Source: Convolutriloba macropyga
Taxonomy: Eukaryota
Direction: 5' to 3'
Assembly: GCF_964194025.1 (NCBI RefSeq)
Contig: NC_134470.1
Location: 75,330,001-75,394,000, forward strand
Length of the DNA: 64,000 bases
Shown one piece after another: positions 14,677 through 26,600 of this stretch (the first letter of the stretch is position 1; each line of letters starts with the position of its first letter). The position numbers and the translations under genes are program-made. The notes under the pieces are model-generated. The model ran no database searches. It worked only from the letters and a program-made list of their open reading frames with translations, and was not told the DNA's origin.

Positions 14677-14715
14677 AAAACGACGTTTTCGAACATTGCG
14701 TTCATCGTCAGGTTT
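14677..14715 (-). ncRNA. Minimal type I hammerhead ribozyme motif
   Basis: Identical core to 11628-11666. Confidence 0.68.
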
Positions 14716-16208
14716 AAAAATTAAATGAAATTTTTTACAAAGTATATAAACTTGTCTTTGACTATAATTCTAAGAAATGAGTTAAAATAACATCGCATTT
14801 TTGAAATTTTTTACAGTTAAAATCACATTTACAACATTTTATTTACACTTATTACACTAAAATCAATTCATTTTACATTCCGGATTTTATGAAAATTCGG
14901 GATATAATGCTTTCTATTCCTGAAAAGGGATTTTTAATTTCATTGCTATCTGTTTTTATTTTTTTCTTACTTTTTGGGGTTGAAAAAAAACTTCGAATTA
15001 ACATGTACCAGAATCATTTTTGAATTTCAAAAGTCAAATTTTTGTCTTTGAACCAGTACTTCACTGTCAATTCCCTCCCCCGATATTCATCGCGCGTATT
15101 TAATTGCAGTTTCAGCACTTTGATGTAGATCGCTTCAATCGTTATTACATAATTTTTTCAAGCAGGCCGGTATCGGATGAAAAAAAATCGCATTTCAAAT
15201 CGCGGACCCGGGCATCATTTCAACTCGCGGACTGTTTATAGACTTTGTCTGAAAATCACAATAAGTCGATTCGAATGAACATAAAGGACAGAAACATTGG
15301 AAGAAATCCAATTTTTTTTAGAAAATACATTTTAAAAGAAATTTTTTCAACATAACGATTAATGGCGAAACATGAACAGCTATCAAATGAGAGACGTTAT
15401 GACCTTCCGTTCAATGAAATACGCCAAAAATTAGTATTAAAAGCTAATTTAAATGATAACTCATCTCAAGTCTGACCAGACTTGGAAACAAGTCAACGGT
15501 AAAACAAAAATGTCTGGCAAATCATCAAAAATTCACTGTTCCCTAAAAAAGATACTACAGTAAAAAAAAACAATATAAAAACAAACACGAGAGTGCATAC
15601 GTTTGAGTTGGAAGTAGGTGGAGTCTCTTGTTAATGGCATTAACTTACCAGTCGGAAAAAAAACAATAGTGCAAACAAAATTTCAAGGTCATTTGCCTTG
15701 ATTCCAAAACATTACGACATTTAATTACCCCTAATTAGAAAGCCAATTAGACTTGTCGCCAACAATAATTGCTACGTCCACCCTAACCTTAAGTATCCCT
15801 CTTGTGGGGGTTTTGGAAATTTCGTTTGGTCATGCACAAACTATTGTTTGCAATTTTTGTTTTCTCAAGCCAAAATTTAATTGAACTAGAATTTTAGCGT
15901 GAATTCATCCACCCTCGGATATTCATCGCGTTTGCTTAGTCCAACTTTTAACTCGCAGATGTATTTGTTTCGATGTTAATTGGTTTATCTACATTGCGAT
16001 GGGCATCCCGAATTTTCCATTCAATGTTATTCTAGGAGCCACCACAATCAAAATGATGTTGACTCCCCTGTGAATCGTTCTTTAGATGTTCTGATATCCT
16101 AGTAGTAACATGGCGGCGTGTTTGCCCAACATAGATGGATCCGCATCAATTACAATTCAACTCAGATGCAGACAAGAAATAGTCAATTAAAACTTAAATT
16201 GATTAACT

Positions 16209-16247
16209 AAAACGACGTTTTCGAGCATTGCGTTCATCGTCAGGTTT
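16209..16247 (-). ncRNA. Minimal hammerhead motif with a stem II mismatch
   Basis: Core boxes are intact. Stem II reads GAAC/GCTC. Confidence 0.5.
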
Positions 16248-17521
16248 AAAAATTAAATGAAATCTTTTACAAAGTATATAAACTTGTCTTTGACTTTAAT
16301 TCTAAGAAATGAGTTAAAATAACATCGAATTTTTGAAATTTTTTACAGTTAAAATCACAATTACAACATTTTATTTACACTTATTACAATAAAATCAATT
16401 CATTTTACATTCCGGATTTTATGAAAATTCGGGGTATAATGCTTTCTATTCCTGAAAAGGGATTTTTACTTTCATTCCTATCTGTTTTTATTTTTTTCTT
16501 ACTTTTTGGGGTTGACAAAACTTCGAATTAACATGTACCAGAATAATTTTTGAATTTCAAAAGTCAAATTTTTGTCTTTGAACTAGTACTTCACTGTCAA
16601 TTTGCCTCCCCCGATATTCATCGCGCGTATTTAATTGCAGTTTAAGCATTTTGATGTAGATCGCTTCAATCGTCATTACTTAATTTTTTCAAGCACGCCG
16701 GTATCGGATGAAAAAAAAAATTGTGAGCTATCCACCTCTATCAAACTCGATAACTTTAAGGTATTTACTCGGATGAACTTCGGTTTTTGTGGCCGTTTTG
16801 TTTTGCCTTCCAATAATTTAATTTTTTTGTAAAATTTGTCTTTCTCACTCCGTAATTATTGGTTCTGGCAAAAATTGCCCCAATTTTGGTGAGCAAGGGT
16901 TTTTGGCTAAAAATATAATGATTTCTTCAAAGTACACATAATCAAAGTATCCAATTTCGAGTAATTTTGCGGCCAAACCAACGGTTCTGTTGCATAGTTT
17001 GCTGGCAATCAGCGTCGAACTCCAACCCCCCCCCCCCCACCCCACATCTTCAAGTTGGCATCTGCAACTCTTTCTTCAAGATCAAATTCCATTTTTAAAC
17101 ATAATTTTTTTGCTGTTTTTCTAAAGTTTTATTGACCCTAGGAGCTTCAAGGTAACGTAAATCCTATCTTTAATTGCAAAATGTTGTTGAGTGTACATTT
17201 CATTATATTTCAGGTTCTGCATATTGTTAAAGTAATTATATTTTAGCATGGTAAACAATCCAATTTTCCCTTGTTGTCACAGATGAACTTCTAACTGTTG
17301 CACTGACGCAGTGAATGTTGGGTATACAATTAAGTAAAGGGGAGAGCACTATTGGTTTATTTCAAAAACAACAACTGATCCATCATCATAATTGAAATTA
17401 TCATTGTCGATTAATGGGAAGTTTTTCAAATTAAAAGCGCGCTTAATTATTTCTGTTTATTTCATTTGCAAATTCTTGGCATTGTTGAGCGAAGTGACCT
17501 TATCGTTGTCCATAAACCGTC

Positions 17522-17938
17522 ACTGAAGACCTTGATTTTTGAATTAGCAGAATTGCGCGCGATCAGACCCGAAAAAATACTTCGATATAGGGCATCGAGT
17601 CCAAATCTAATTTTTGAAATGGCAGTGTCTGTCGTCTCTTTCGCTGCAGTTAGTTTCTCTAATGAACTGAGGGTTCACAATAGCAGTGAGTAGTATGAGG
17701 GTTTGTTGTAGAATTGGTTTATTGTTATGTTGAATATATGTTTTTTCTTGTGTGCTACATAGTGAAAGGTTGAAGTAGGAGATCCAATCGGCACACAACA
17801 GTGTAATTTGAAGACCTGTTTGTTTTTGGGATAATTTCCCTTAAATTAAGGTGCTAGTCTTTCTCCCAAATTTATGTCACTAGACACGCAATGAGAAGTT
17901 ATTTCGAGAATTTGCAATATATTGCTATGAACGTAAAA
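17522..17938 (-). pseudogene. TARG1/OARD1 (Poa1p-like) macrodomain, copy 1
   Basis: Single frame with two stops: FYVHSNILQ..SHCVSSDINLGERLAP*FKGNYP..HIFNITINQFYNKPSYYSLLL*TLSSLEK..TDTAISKIRFGLDAL..NSKIKV. Collinear with the recalled TARG1 motifs AHCISED, YIYYLITK..HKPTY and TDLSMPRIGCGLDRL. Confidence 0.78.
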
Positions 17939-18905
17939 AAATGTTTTGCCTATCGGATGCATTAATTCCGTCAACCGATCGCTTCTTTATCGGTGTTCAG
18001 TTTTCATTCTGAAAGATATCGTTAATTCGTTGAAAATCTGATCATACCATTTTTTTTTAAAGTCCAACTTGTCATTTCGCCAGTGCCATTCGTTCTTCTG
18101 TTTGAAATTTTTTTGTTGTTCTGCTTATACTTTTGTCTATGAACACTAATGCCATTATTTCATGCATACTTTTTGTTTTTTTCCTGTTCTAGGATAATAG
18201 GTGGATTCTTTTGGTGATATTGGTCTAACATTCACGCTTCTATTGAACAAACTCGAACCGGAGTTGCTACATAAGAGTTCGGTTGAGTATCAGATATTTT
18301 CCCTCTAAAAAAACTTCCAAAGTTAGGGTCTTGCAAGCTATAAACTGGCTGCCTGGTGTTTCGATTTATTTGACTTTTGAACTGGTCATGTTCTGTTTGT
18401 TCAGAATTCTTGTTCAGAATTCTCCCCACATCTTCAAGTTGGCATCTGCAACTCTTTCTTCAAGATCAAATTCCATTTTTAAACATAATTTTTTTGCTGT
18501 TTTTCTAAAGTTTTATTGACCCTAGGAGCTTCAAGGTAACGTAAATCGTATCTTTAATTGCAAAATGTTGTTGAGTGTACATTTCATTATATTTCAGGTT
18601 CTGCATATTGTTAAAGTAATTATATTTTAGCATGGTAAACAATCCAATTTTCCCTTGTTGTCACAGATGAACTTCTAACTGTTGCACTGACGCAGTGAAT
18701 GTTGGGTATACAATTAAGTAAAGGGGAGAGCACTATTGGTTTATTTCAAAAACAACAACTGATCCATCATCATAATTGAAATTATCATTGTCGATTAATG
18801 GGAAGTTTTTCAAATTAAAAGCGCGCTTAATTATTTTTGTTTATTTCATTTGCAAATTCTTGGCATTGTTGAGCGAAGTGACCTTATCGTTGTCCATAAA
18901 CCGTC

Positions 18906-19322
18906 ACTGAAGACCTTGATTTTTGAATTAGCAGAATTGCGCGCGATCAGACCTGAAAAAATACTTCGATTTAGGGCATCGAGTCCAAATCTAATTTTTG
19001 AAATGGCAGTGTCTGTCGTCGCTTTCGCTGCAGTTAGTTTCTCTAATGAACTGAGGGTTCACAATAGCAGTGAGTAGTATGAGGGTTTGTTGTAGAATTG
19101 GTTTATTGTTATGTTGAATATATGTTTTTTCTTGTGTGCTACATAGTGAAAGGTTGAAGTAGGAGATCCAATCGGCACACAACAGTGTAATTTGAAGACT
19201 TGTTTGTTTTTGGGATAATTTCCCTTAAATTAAGGTGCTAGTCTTTCTCCCAAATTTATGTCACTAGACACGCAATGAGAAGTTATTTCGAGATTTTGCA
19301 ATATATTGCTATGAACGTAAAA
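18906..19322 (-). pseudogene. TARG1/OARD1-like macrodomain, copy 2
   Basis: Near-identical duplicate of copy 1 at +1384. Confidence 0.78.
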
Positions 19323-22175
19323 AAATGTTTTGCCTATCGGATGCATTAATTCCGTCAACCGATCGCTTCTTTATCGGTGTTCAGTTTTCATTCTGAAAGA
19401 TATCGTTAATTCGTTGAAAATCTGATCATACCATTTTTTTTTAAAGTCCAACTTGTCATTTCGCCAGTGCCATTCGTTCTTCTGTTTGAAATTTTTTTGT
19501 TGTTCTGCTTATACTTTTGTCTATGAACACTAATGCCATTATTTCATGCATACTTTTTGTTTTTTTTCCTGTTCTAGGATAATAGGTGGATTCTTTTGGT
19601 GATATTGGTCTAACATTCACGCTTCTATTGAAACAAACTCGAACCGGAGTTGCTACATAAGAGTTCGGTTGAGTATCAGATATTTTCCCTCTAAAAAAAC
19701 TTCCAAAGTTAGGGTCTTGCAAGCTATAAACTGGCTGCCTGGTGTTCCGATTTATTTGACTTTTGAACTGGTCATGTTCTGTTTGTTCAGAATTCTTGCT
19801 TTCATCATCGTTGTCCAGCTCAAAATCTGCCTCCCCTGCTGGATGAACATCTGATTCTACTGATTCGTTTAATCCGTTGGTCAATTAAAGTGGCAGTACA
19901 ATTATAATGGCAGATCAATCATCAGGTTGTCCCAAAAGTGTGTGAGATTGGCAGTTTTTGTTGGTATATGAAAAAATTATGTTCCGCAGTTAGCTTAATT
20001 TTGGTGTTGTGGGCGACGTTGAATCTGATTAATTCTTCTATTTTTGGTTTTTGATTGTCATTCAGGGGACGAATTTTGCCCAATCAAATTGTCACAATGA
20101 GGTCTCTCTGTTTTTTTTCAGCTGGAAATGTCTTTTTTTGAGTTGTTGGAAATTTGGGACCTCGTCGTGGATTTCCCGTTTAAATGGTGATAAAATGTTC
20201 ACGTCAGAGCAATTTCCTTGCACCCGGAACCACAATTAGTTGTTTTTGGGTGGAGGTGTTTTGGGTTGTTGTTCAGAATTTCCAATTGTATTTTGGGTTA
20301 ATTCATTGATTTTAGCTAGTGAAAAAATACTAGGATCAATTGGGGACAGTTTTTTGACCTGGACAGATCTTAGAATATGAAAGTGTTCACTTTTTGTCCT
20401 GTTTGGTAACTTTAAAAGATCGTTTTAAAACAAAATATACGAGAATCAAATTGCAATTAATTGAAATGTGAAGCTTGTTTTTGTTGGTTCGCTCCAGGGA
20501 CTCAAGACTCCTGTAACTGTTTTCAAGTAATGTTGACTTTCCTGGTTTCAAGATGTACTTCTGGAAAGTACAACTTGGATTCTTGCCATTTTGTTTCGTT
20601 TTTTTTCATGCCCCATTTTCTTTATTGAATTTACTTGCATCGTCATGTGTGGAAAGTTTAGCAAGTGATCCTTAGGGTGTATTTTGATGCTGTGTTTTTT
20701 TGAAGAATAGGTTATCAAGTATCAAAATTCTACAGATTTGAAGACCAGAAATAGTTCACTGAAGCTTTGGCTTCCCAATTCAAATGGTACTGATACTTCC
20801 CTATCAACCGATAAAAGGTGAGCGCTTGCCATTTCAAGAGTAGAGAGTGTTATATTCTCAATCTGATGAATTTTTCCGATATCTCTCTTTTGACGCAGTT
20901 TGTAAAAAGTTTGTTTAGTGATCACATTTGCAGATGCACTGCTGTCGTTTAGTGCTCTGTACAATATTTGAGTTGTAAAACGGAGTTAAACGTAAAAAAG
21001 TGTCAATCCATTAATTGGTATTACAACAAAAAAATTGAAAATTTCCTCAGATGGTTGTGGTTGTTTGGTATTGTGGCTTTTTTGGATTTTCATTGCTGTA
21101 AGTAAGGTACTGCTTGTCTTCTGTTTTGCAACTGCTTTCTGCGCATTGTGATGCTTCAGGACTTGGATATTCAAATACTTCGCAAAAGCTAGTTGTCAAA
21201 CGGATAACTGGCATGAAGGGTTCAGTTGTTGTTTTTATGTCTGTACCATGTATCATTAATTAAGTTGTTTAAAAGTTCGGATCTTGGAAAACTGGATTGC
21301 GGTAGAAATTTTTTAAACCTATTGTATTGCTGGTTGTAACTTCAATTTGAAAACCTAATGGTTTGTTTAAATCGTTTTCTAGCCACTGGCCTCTGAATCC
21401 AGGCGCTTGGTCATGGAATCCATGAGGTCTGTGTTTTGAAATGTAGAATCAATGTTAAGTAATGTCGTTATAACCTCCTCTTTGGCTCTTTTTTCCACTG
21501 AAGTTTCGTTGGTAATATGATTGACATCTTGCATACATATGTGTTCTTTGTTGCTTCTGAAAATTTTGATTCAATTTTTGTTGTTGATGATTCTTGTACC
21601 GCTGCGACTATGTGATGGTCCCGTGACTGTGATTCTAATCTTTGATTGATGTCCGTGAACGTTTTTTTTCGAGTCCTTGTTGAGCTGCTGCGTTCTTTGA
21701 AAGGGCTTAAACAAGATCTGCGGATACAAGTTCATTTATATCATTTAATCCATCCTCTGATAGTCAACTTTCCTGCACAACCCTCAAATTGTTTTCTGGC
21801 GTATCGAGAGAATACGGAAATCATCGATTAGTGTAGCCGTAGGTTGATCCATCAATTTCGATTGCAGCCAACCTGGAATTTTTTTTCAAACAAACGTTTC
21901 TCTTTCTTTTCGTCCTAGGTTTGTTACAGGATCGAGTCCTTTTTGTATGTGCGCAGTCTCTCTTGCAAAATTTCAAGATCATTTGCTGTCATTCCAAAAC
22001 ATTACGACATTCAGTTATCCCTAATTGGAAAGCCAATTAGACTTGTCAGCAATAATAATAGATACGTCCACCCTAACCTTAAGTATCCCTCTTGTGGGGG
22101 TTTTGGAAATTTTGTTTGGTCATGCACAAAATATTGTTTGCCATTTTTGTTTTCTCAAGCCAAAATTGATTTGAA

Positions 22176-22465
22176 CTAGAAATTTAGCGTCAATTCATCC
22201 ACCCTCGTAGATTCATCGCGGTTGCTTAGTTCAACTTTTAACTTGCAGATGTATTTGTTTCTTTGATCATTAGTTTATCTACATTGCGATGGGCATCCCG
22301 AATTTTTTATTCAATTTCATTCCAGGAGCCACCACAATCAAAATGATGTTGACTCCCCAGTGAATCGTTCTTTAGATGTTCTGATATCCTAGTAGTAACA
22401 TGGCGGCGTGTTTGCCCAACATAGATGGATCCGCATCAATTACATTTTAACTCAGATGCAGAGAA
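22176..22465 (-). mobile_element. Penelope-like GIY-YIG 3' fragment (PLE-A), copy outside the array
   Basis: Near-identical to 304-590. Confidence 0.8.
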
Positions 22466-22498
22466 GTAATTGTCAAATAAAACTTAAATTGACTATTT

Positions 22499-22537
22499 AA
22501 AACGACGTTTTCGAACATTGCGTTCATCGTCAGGTTT
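22499..22537 (-). ncRNA. Minimal type I hammerhead ribozyme motif, ~340 nt downstream of the PLE-B stop codon
   Basis: Identical core, located in the 3' UTR of the longest Penelope copy. This is the expected position for PLE hammerheads. Confidence 0.7.
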
Positions 22538-22872
22538 AAAAATTAATTGAAGTCATTTACGAAGTATATAAACTTGTCTTTGACTATAATTCTAAGAAAA
22601 GAGTTAAAATAACATCGAGTTTTTGAAATTATTTACAGTTAAAATCACATTTACAACATTTTATTTACACTTATTACACTAAAATAAATTCATTTTATAT
22701 TCCGAATTTTATGCAAATTTGGGGTATAATGCTTTCTATTCCTGAAAAGGGATTTTTTTTTTCATTCTTATCTGTTTTTATTTTTTTCTTACTTTTTGGG
22801 GTTGACAAAATTTCAAATTAACATGTACCAGAATATTTTTTGAATTTCAAAAGACAAATTTCTGTCTTTGAA

Positions 22873-23640
22873 CTAGTACTTCACAGTCAATTCCCTCCCC
22901 CGATATTCTTCGCGCGTATTTAATTGCAGTTTCAGCATTTTGATGTAGATCGCTTAAGTCGTCATTAGTTTTTCAACCCCGGGACATGCATGAAGAATCT
23001 CCTATTTTACGTTATTCGTTGTACCACAACATTCAACAAGGTGTTGTCCAACAGGGGAATTCTTCTTTTGATGCTCTGAAATTCCAGCGGTAGCTTGTCG
23101 GCTGGTTTGGCCAACATAGATGGAACTGCATCCATTACATGTAATTTTATATACCACAGGGGATTTTAAATTCTTATCAAAAGGTGACTTTAGGGTGGGC
23201 AAGCAATTCTTAGCTTTCTTGTTGTGAAAATGATTTGAATATCAGACTACTTGCAAAATTTTGCGTGATATTTCCTCTGTATTGAACAAAAAACCTTGGT
23301 TTAGCTCCCCATTGTTAAGACTTTTATCTTTTTTAAGATAGTGTTAATTTTGGTGTGGTTTTGTTGTGACCTTTTCCTTCGTGACTATTTTATCCAATGT
23401 CTCATTACCAATACTGGAGGATCACTCCGTTGGGTATTGATTTTCAGTCCAGATCTCTTGATTTTACTTAAGAGCTACATCAAAGGATTGCCAGTCACTG
23501 GTCGCATTAAAAATCCTATTCACAGTCCCTTGAATCACATTTCTCTTATTATGCCGGTATCAATTGATTTTTGATACCAATGACAGCTGATTTTTCTATC
23601 TTCGTTTAGGTTTCTGTTTAGATTTAGGTTTAACTCAGAC
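22873..23640 (-). mobile_element. Penelope-like element PLE-B: RT thumb plus GIY-YIG endonuclease, 5' truncated
   Basis: WYQKSIDTG..RNVIQGTVNRIFNATSDW..ENQYP; VVYKITCNGCSSIYVGQTSRQ; ends QLNTREEYRGRELTVKY*. The last ~90 nt recur in S units and a shorter piece in the L unit. Confidence 0.88.
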
Positions 23641-23649
23641 ACCACGTAG

Positions 23650-26600
23650 AATTTTAAGTTTCTATCAAAAGATTATTTTAGAGTGGGGATGCAATATCGG
23701 CTTCGCAATTGCTTCGAGCTGATTCGTAGCCATAAGTTGGGGGCTCTCTATTTATTCTTTCTTTTTGTCTCAAAGTAACTTTATCTCCGCATACGTTGTG
23801 GGTTTGAAGTAGGGATTCTGTTTGAGTTCAGTTAGCTCAGACAGCATGCTTTGTAATGGGTCTGGCAAAGAAACGTTTATCCCTGTGTTTTTGAGTTGAT
23901 CGCTTGTACCTAAATTTGACCTAATTTCGGTTGTGTTTCGATATTACTTGTGTCGCGAAATCCAAATTATTGCTGCAGATGTTACATCCAAGACGATATC
24001 TACGTTACGGTGCATTCTTCTGATTGAAGCTGCTTTCACGTAGGCAATAGAATCCGTTGTAGATGTCAGCAATCAGATACTCTAACTCGGATTTCTACCT
24101 TTTTCAGGCAATGTTTTGAGTTTTTTATAATAGTGAGTTTAGAAAGTAAAACAACATCATCGCAATGAGTGTCATAAAAACTTATGTTCACATTTATATA
24201 TCAAAACCCTAAAAATTCGATGATTGCTCTTGAGAGCTGTCCAATGACAAGTCTAATACGTGACATGCTAGTGAGGCTAAAGGGTAATTCGTGTAGGTTG
24301 TTAAAAGTGTAGGCTCAGAGGTTTTGTCCCAAGTACCCCGTAAAACTTTATGTGAATAGTCTGGTGATCTGGTGATAATGCAAAGGAAGTAAAAAGTCTA
24401 ATAGGCTTTCAGACCTATAGGAAAAAATGCCTTTTCTGCTCTTGTCCGCTTCTTACACCATTCAAATGAGTCAGCGTTCAGTTCACCATTCGGTCTCCGC
24501 CTGTCTACTCAGGGTTGAGATTGCATTGTTTTATCATTATTTTGTCCATTCTGGTTGGACTGTGTACCGATGTGGGAACGGCAGAAGGGTCATCTTCTTC
24601 TCATGATCCTAATATTCAGCAAAGAGATAATTTGGAAAGGCGAACCCTATTTCTGTTGTGTGCCAATTACAGAATATCTTGACATGTATATAAAACCCAG
24701 ACAGCTTTTTGAAAATTTTTCCACTGGTGGCACATCTTAAGTTACTTAATTTTTTCAAGCACGCTGGTATCGGATGAAAAAAAAATTGTGACTGATCCAC
24801 CTCTATCAAACTCGATAACTTTAACGTATTTGCTCGGATGAACTTCGGTTTTTGTGGCCGTTTTATTTTGTCTTCCAATAATTTATTTTTTTGTGAAATT
24901 TGTTTTTCTCACTTCGCAATTATTGGTTCTGGCAAAAATTGCCCCAATTTTGGTGAGCAAGTGTTTTTGGCTAAAATATAATGATATTTTCAAAGTACAC
25001 ATAAACAAAGTATCCAATTTCGAGTAATTTTACCGCCAAACCAATGGTTCTGTTGTATAGTTTGTTAGCAATCAGCGTCGAACTCTAACTCACCCCCCCT
25101 CCCCATATCCTCAAGTTGGTATCTGCAACTCTTTCTTCAAGGTCAAATTCCAACTTGAAACATAATTTTTTCGCTGTTTTTCTCAAGTGTTATTGACCCT
25201 ACGAGCTTTAAGGTAAGGTAAATCCTATCTTTAATTGCAAAATGTTGTTGAGTGTACGTTTCATTAAATTTCAGGTTCTGCATATTGTTAAAGTAATTAA
25301 TTTTTAGCAAGGTAAACAATCCAATTTTCCCCAATTTTCCCCTGTTGTCACAGATGAACTTGTAATTGTTGCACTGACGCAATGGATTTTGGGTAAACAG
25401 TTAAGAAAAGGGGGAGCACTATTGGTTTATTTCAAAAACAACAGCTGATCCATCATCATAATTGAAATTATCATTGTCGATTAAAGTGAAGCTTTTCAAA
25501 TTAAAACCGCTCTTAATTGTTTTTGTTTATTTCATTTGCAAATTCTTGGCATTGTTGAGCGAAGTGTCTTTATCGTTGTCCATAAACCGTCAGTGAAGAC
25601 GTTGATTTTTGAAATAGCAGAATTGCGCGCGATCAGACCTGAAAAAATACTTCGATTTAGGGCATCGAGTCCAAATCTAATTTATGAAATGGCAGTGTCT
25701 GTTATCTCTTTCGCTGCTGTTAGTTTCTCTAATTAACTGAGGCTGCACAATAGCAGTGAGTAGTATGAGGGTTTGTTGTAAAATTCGTTTAATGTTATAT
25801 TGAATATATGTTTTTTCTTGTGTGCTACATAGTGAAAGGTTGAAGTAAGAGATCCAATTGGCACACAACAGTGTAAATTGAAGACTTGTTTCATTTTGGT
25901 ATAATTTCCCTTAAATTTAGGTGCTAGTCTTTCTACCAAATTTATGTCACTAGACACGCAATGAGAAGTTATTTTGAGATTTTGCAAGATATTGCTATGA
26001 AAAAATGTTTTGCCTATCGGATGCATTAATTCCGTCAACCGATCGCTTCTTTATTGATGTTCAGCTTTCATTCTGAAAGATATCGTTAATTCGTTGAAAA
26101 CCTGATCATACCATTTTTTTAAAGCCCAACTTGTCATTTCGCTAGTGCCATTCGTTCTTCTCTTTGAAATTTTTTTGTTGTTCTGCTTATACTTTTGTCT
26201 ATGAACACTAATGCCATTATTTCATGCATACGTTTTGTTTTATTTCCTCTTCTTGGACAATAGATGGATTCTTTTGATGATATTTGTCTGACATTCTAGC
26301 TTCTATTGAAACAAACTCGAGCCGGAGCGGCTACTTGAGAGTTCGGTTGAGTATCAGATATTTTTCCTCTAAAAAAACTTCCAAAGTTAGGGTCTTGCAA
26401 GCTATAAATAGGCTGCTTGGTGTTTCAAATTATTTGGCTTTTGAACTGGTCATGTTCTGTTTGTTCAGAATTCTTGCTTTCATCATCGTTGTCCTGCTCA
26501 AAATCTGCCTCCCCTAATGGATGAACGTCTGCCTCTACTAATTCGTTTTTTTTCCGTGGGTCAATAAAAGTGGCAGTACGATTATAATGGCAGATCGACC

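Larger units (their letters stand above)
182..16720. repeat. Composite tandem array, ~9 units (order S,M,M,S,L,S,S,S,partial; S ~1.52 kb, M ~2.38 kb, L ~3.19 kb)
   Basis: A marker (GTGAATTCATCCACCC or a near-identical variant) recurs at ~317, 1839, 4222, 6602, 8124, 11318, 12843, 14367 and 15899, with near-identical surrounding sequence. Repeated ORFs in the track confirm the spacing. Confidence 0.97.
17040..19797. repeat. 1384-bp tandem duplication covering the macrodomain
   Basis: ORFs 17466/18850 and 17607/18991 are offset by 1384. The junction is at ~18424. Confidence 0.95.
16675..21962 (-). mobile_element. Decayed Ty3/gypsy LTR retrotransposon, copy A (gag, protease, RT start, internal deletion, macrodomain)
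   Basis: Degenerate zinc knuckle (FCEVFEYPSPEASQC, ~21140-21185). Aspartic protease ALNDSSASANVI...ILDNLFFKK/HSIKIHPK (20640-20960). Pre-RT segment QFDWAK..KIEELI..KIKLTAEH..IYQQKLP (~19900-20100). No YxDD, RNase H or integrase visible. Confidence 0.75.
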
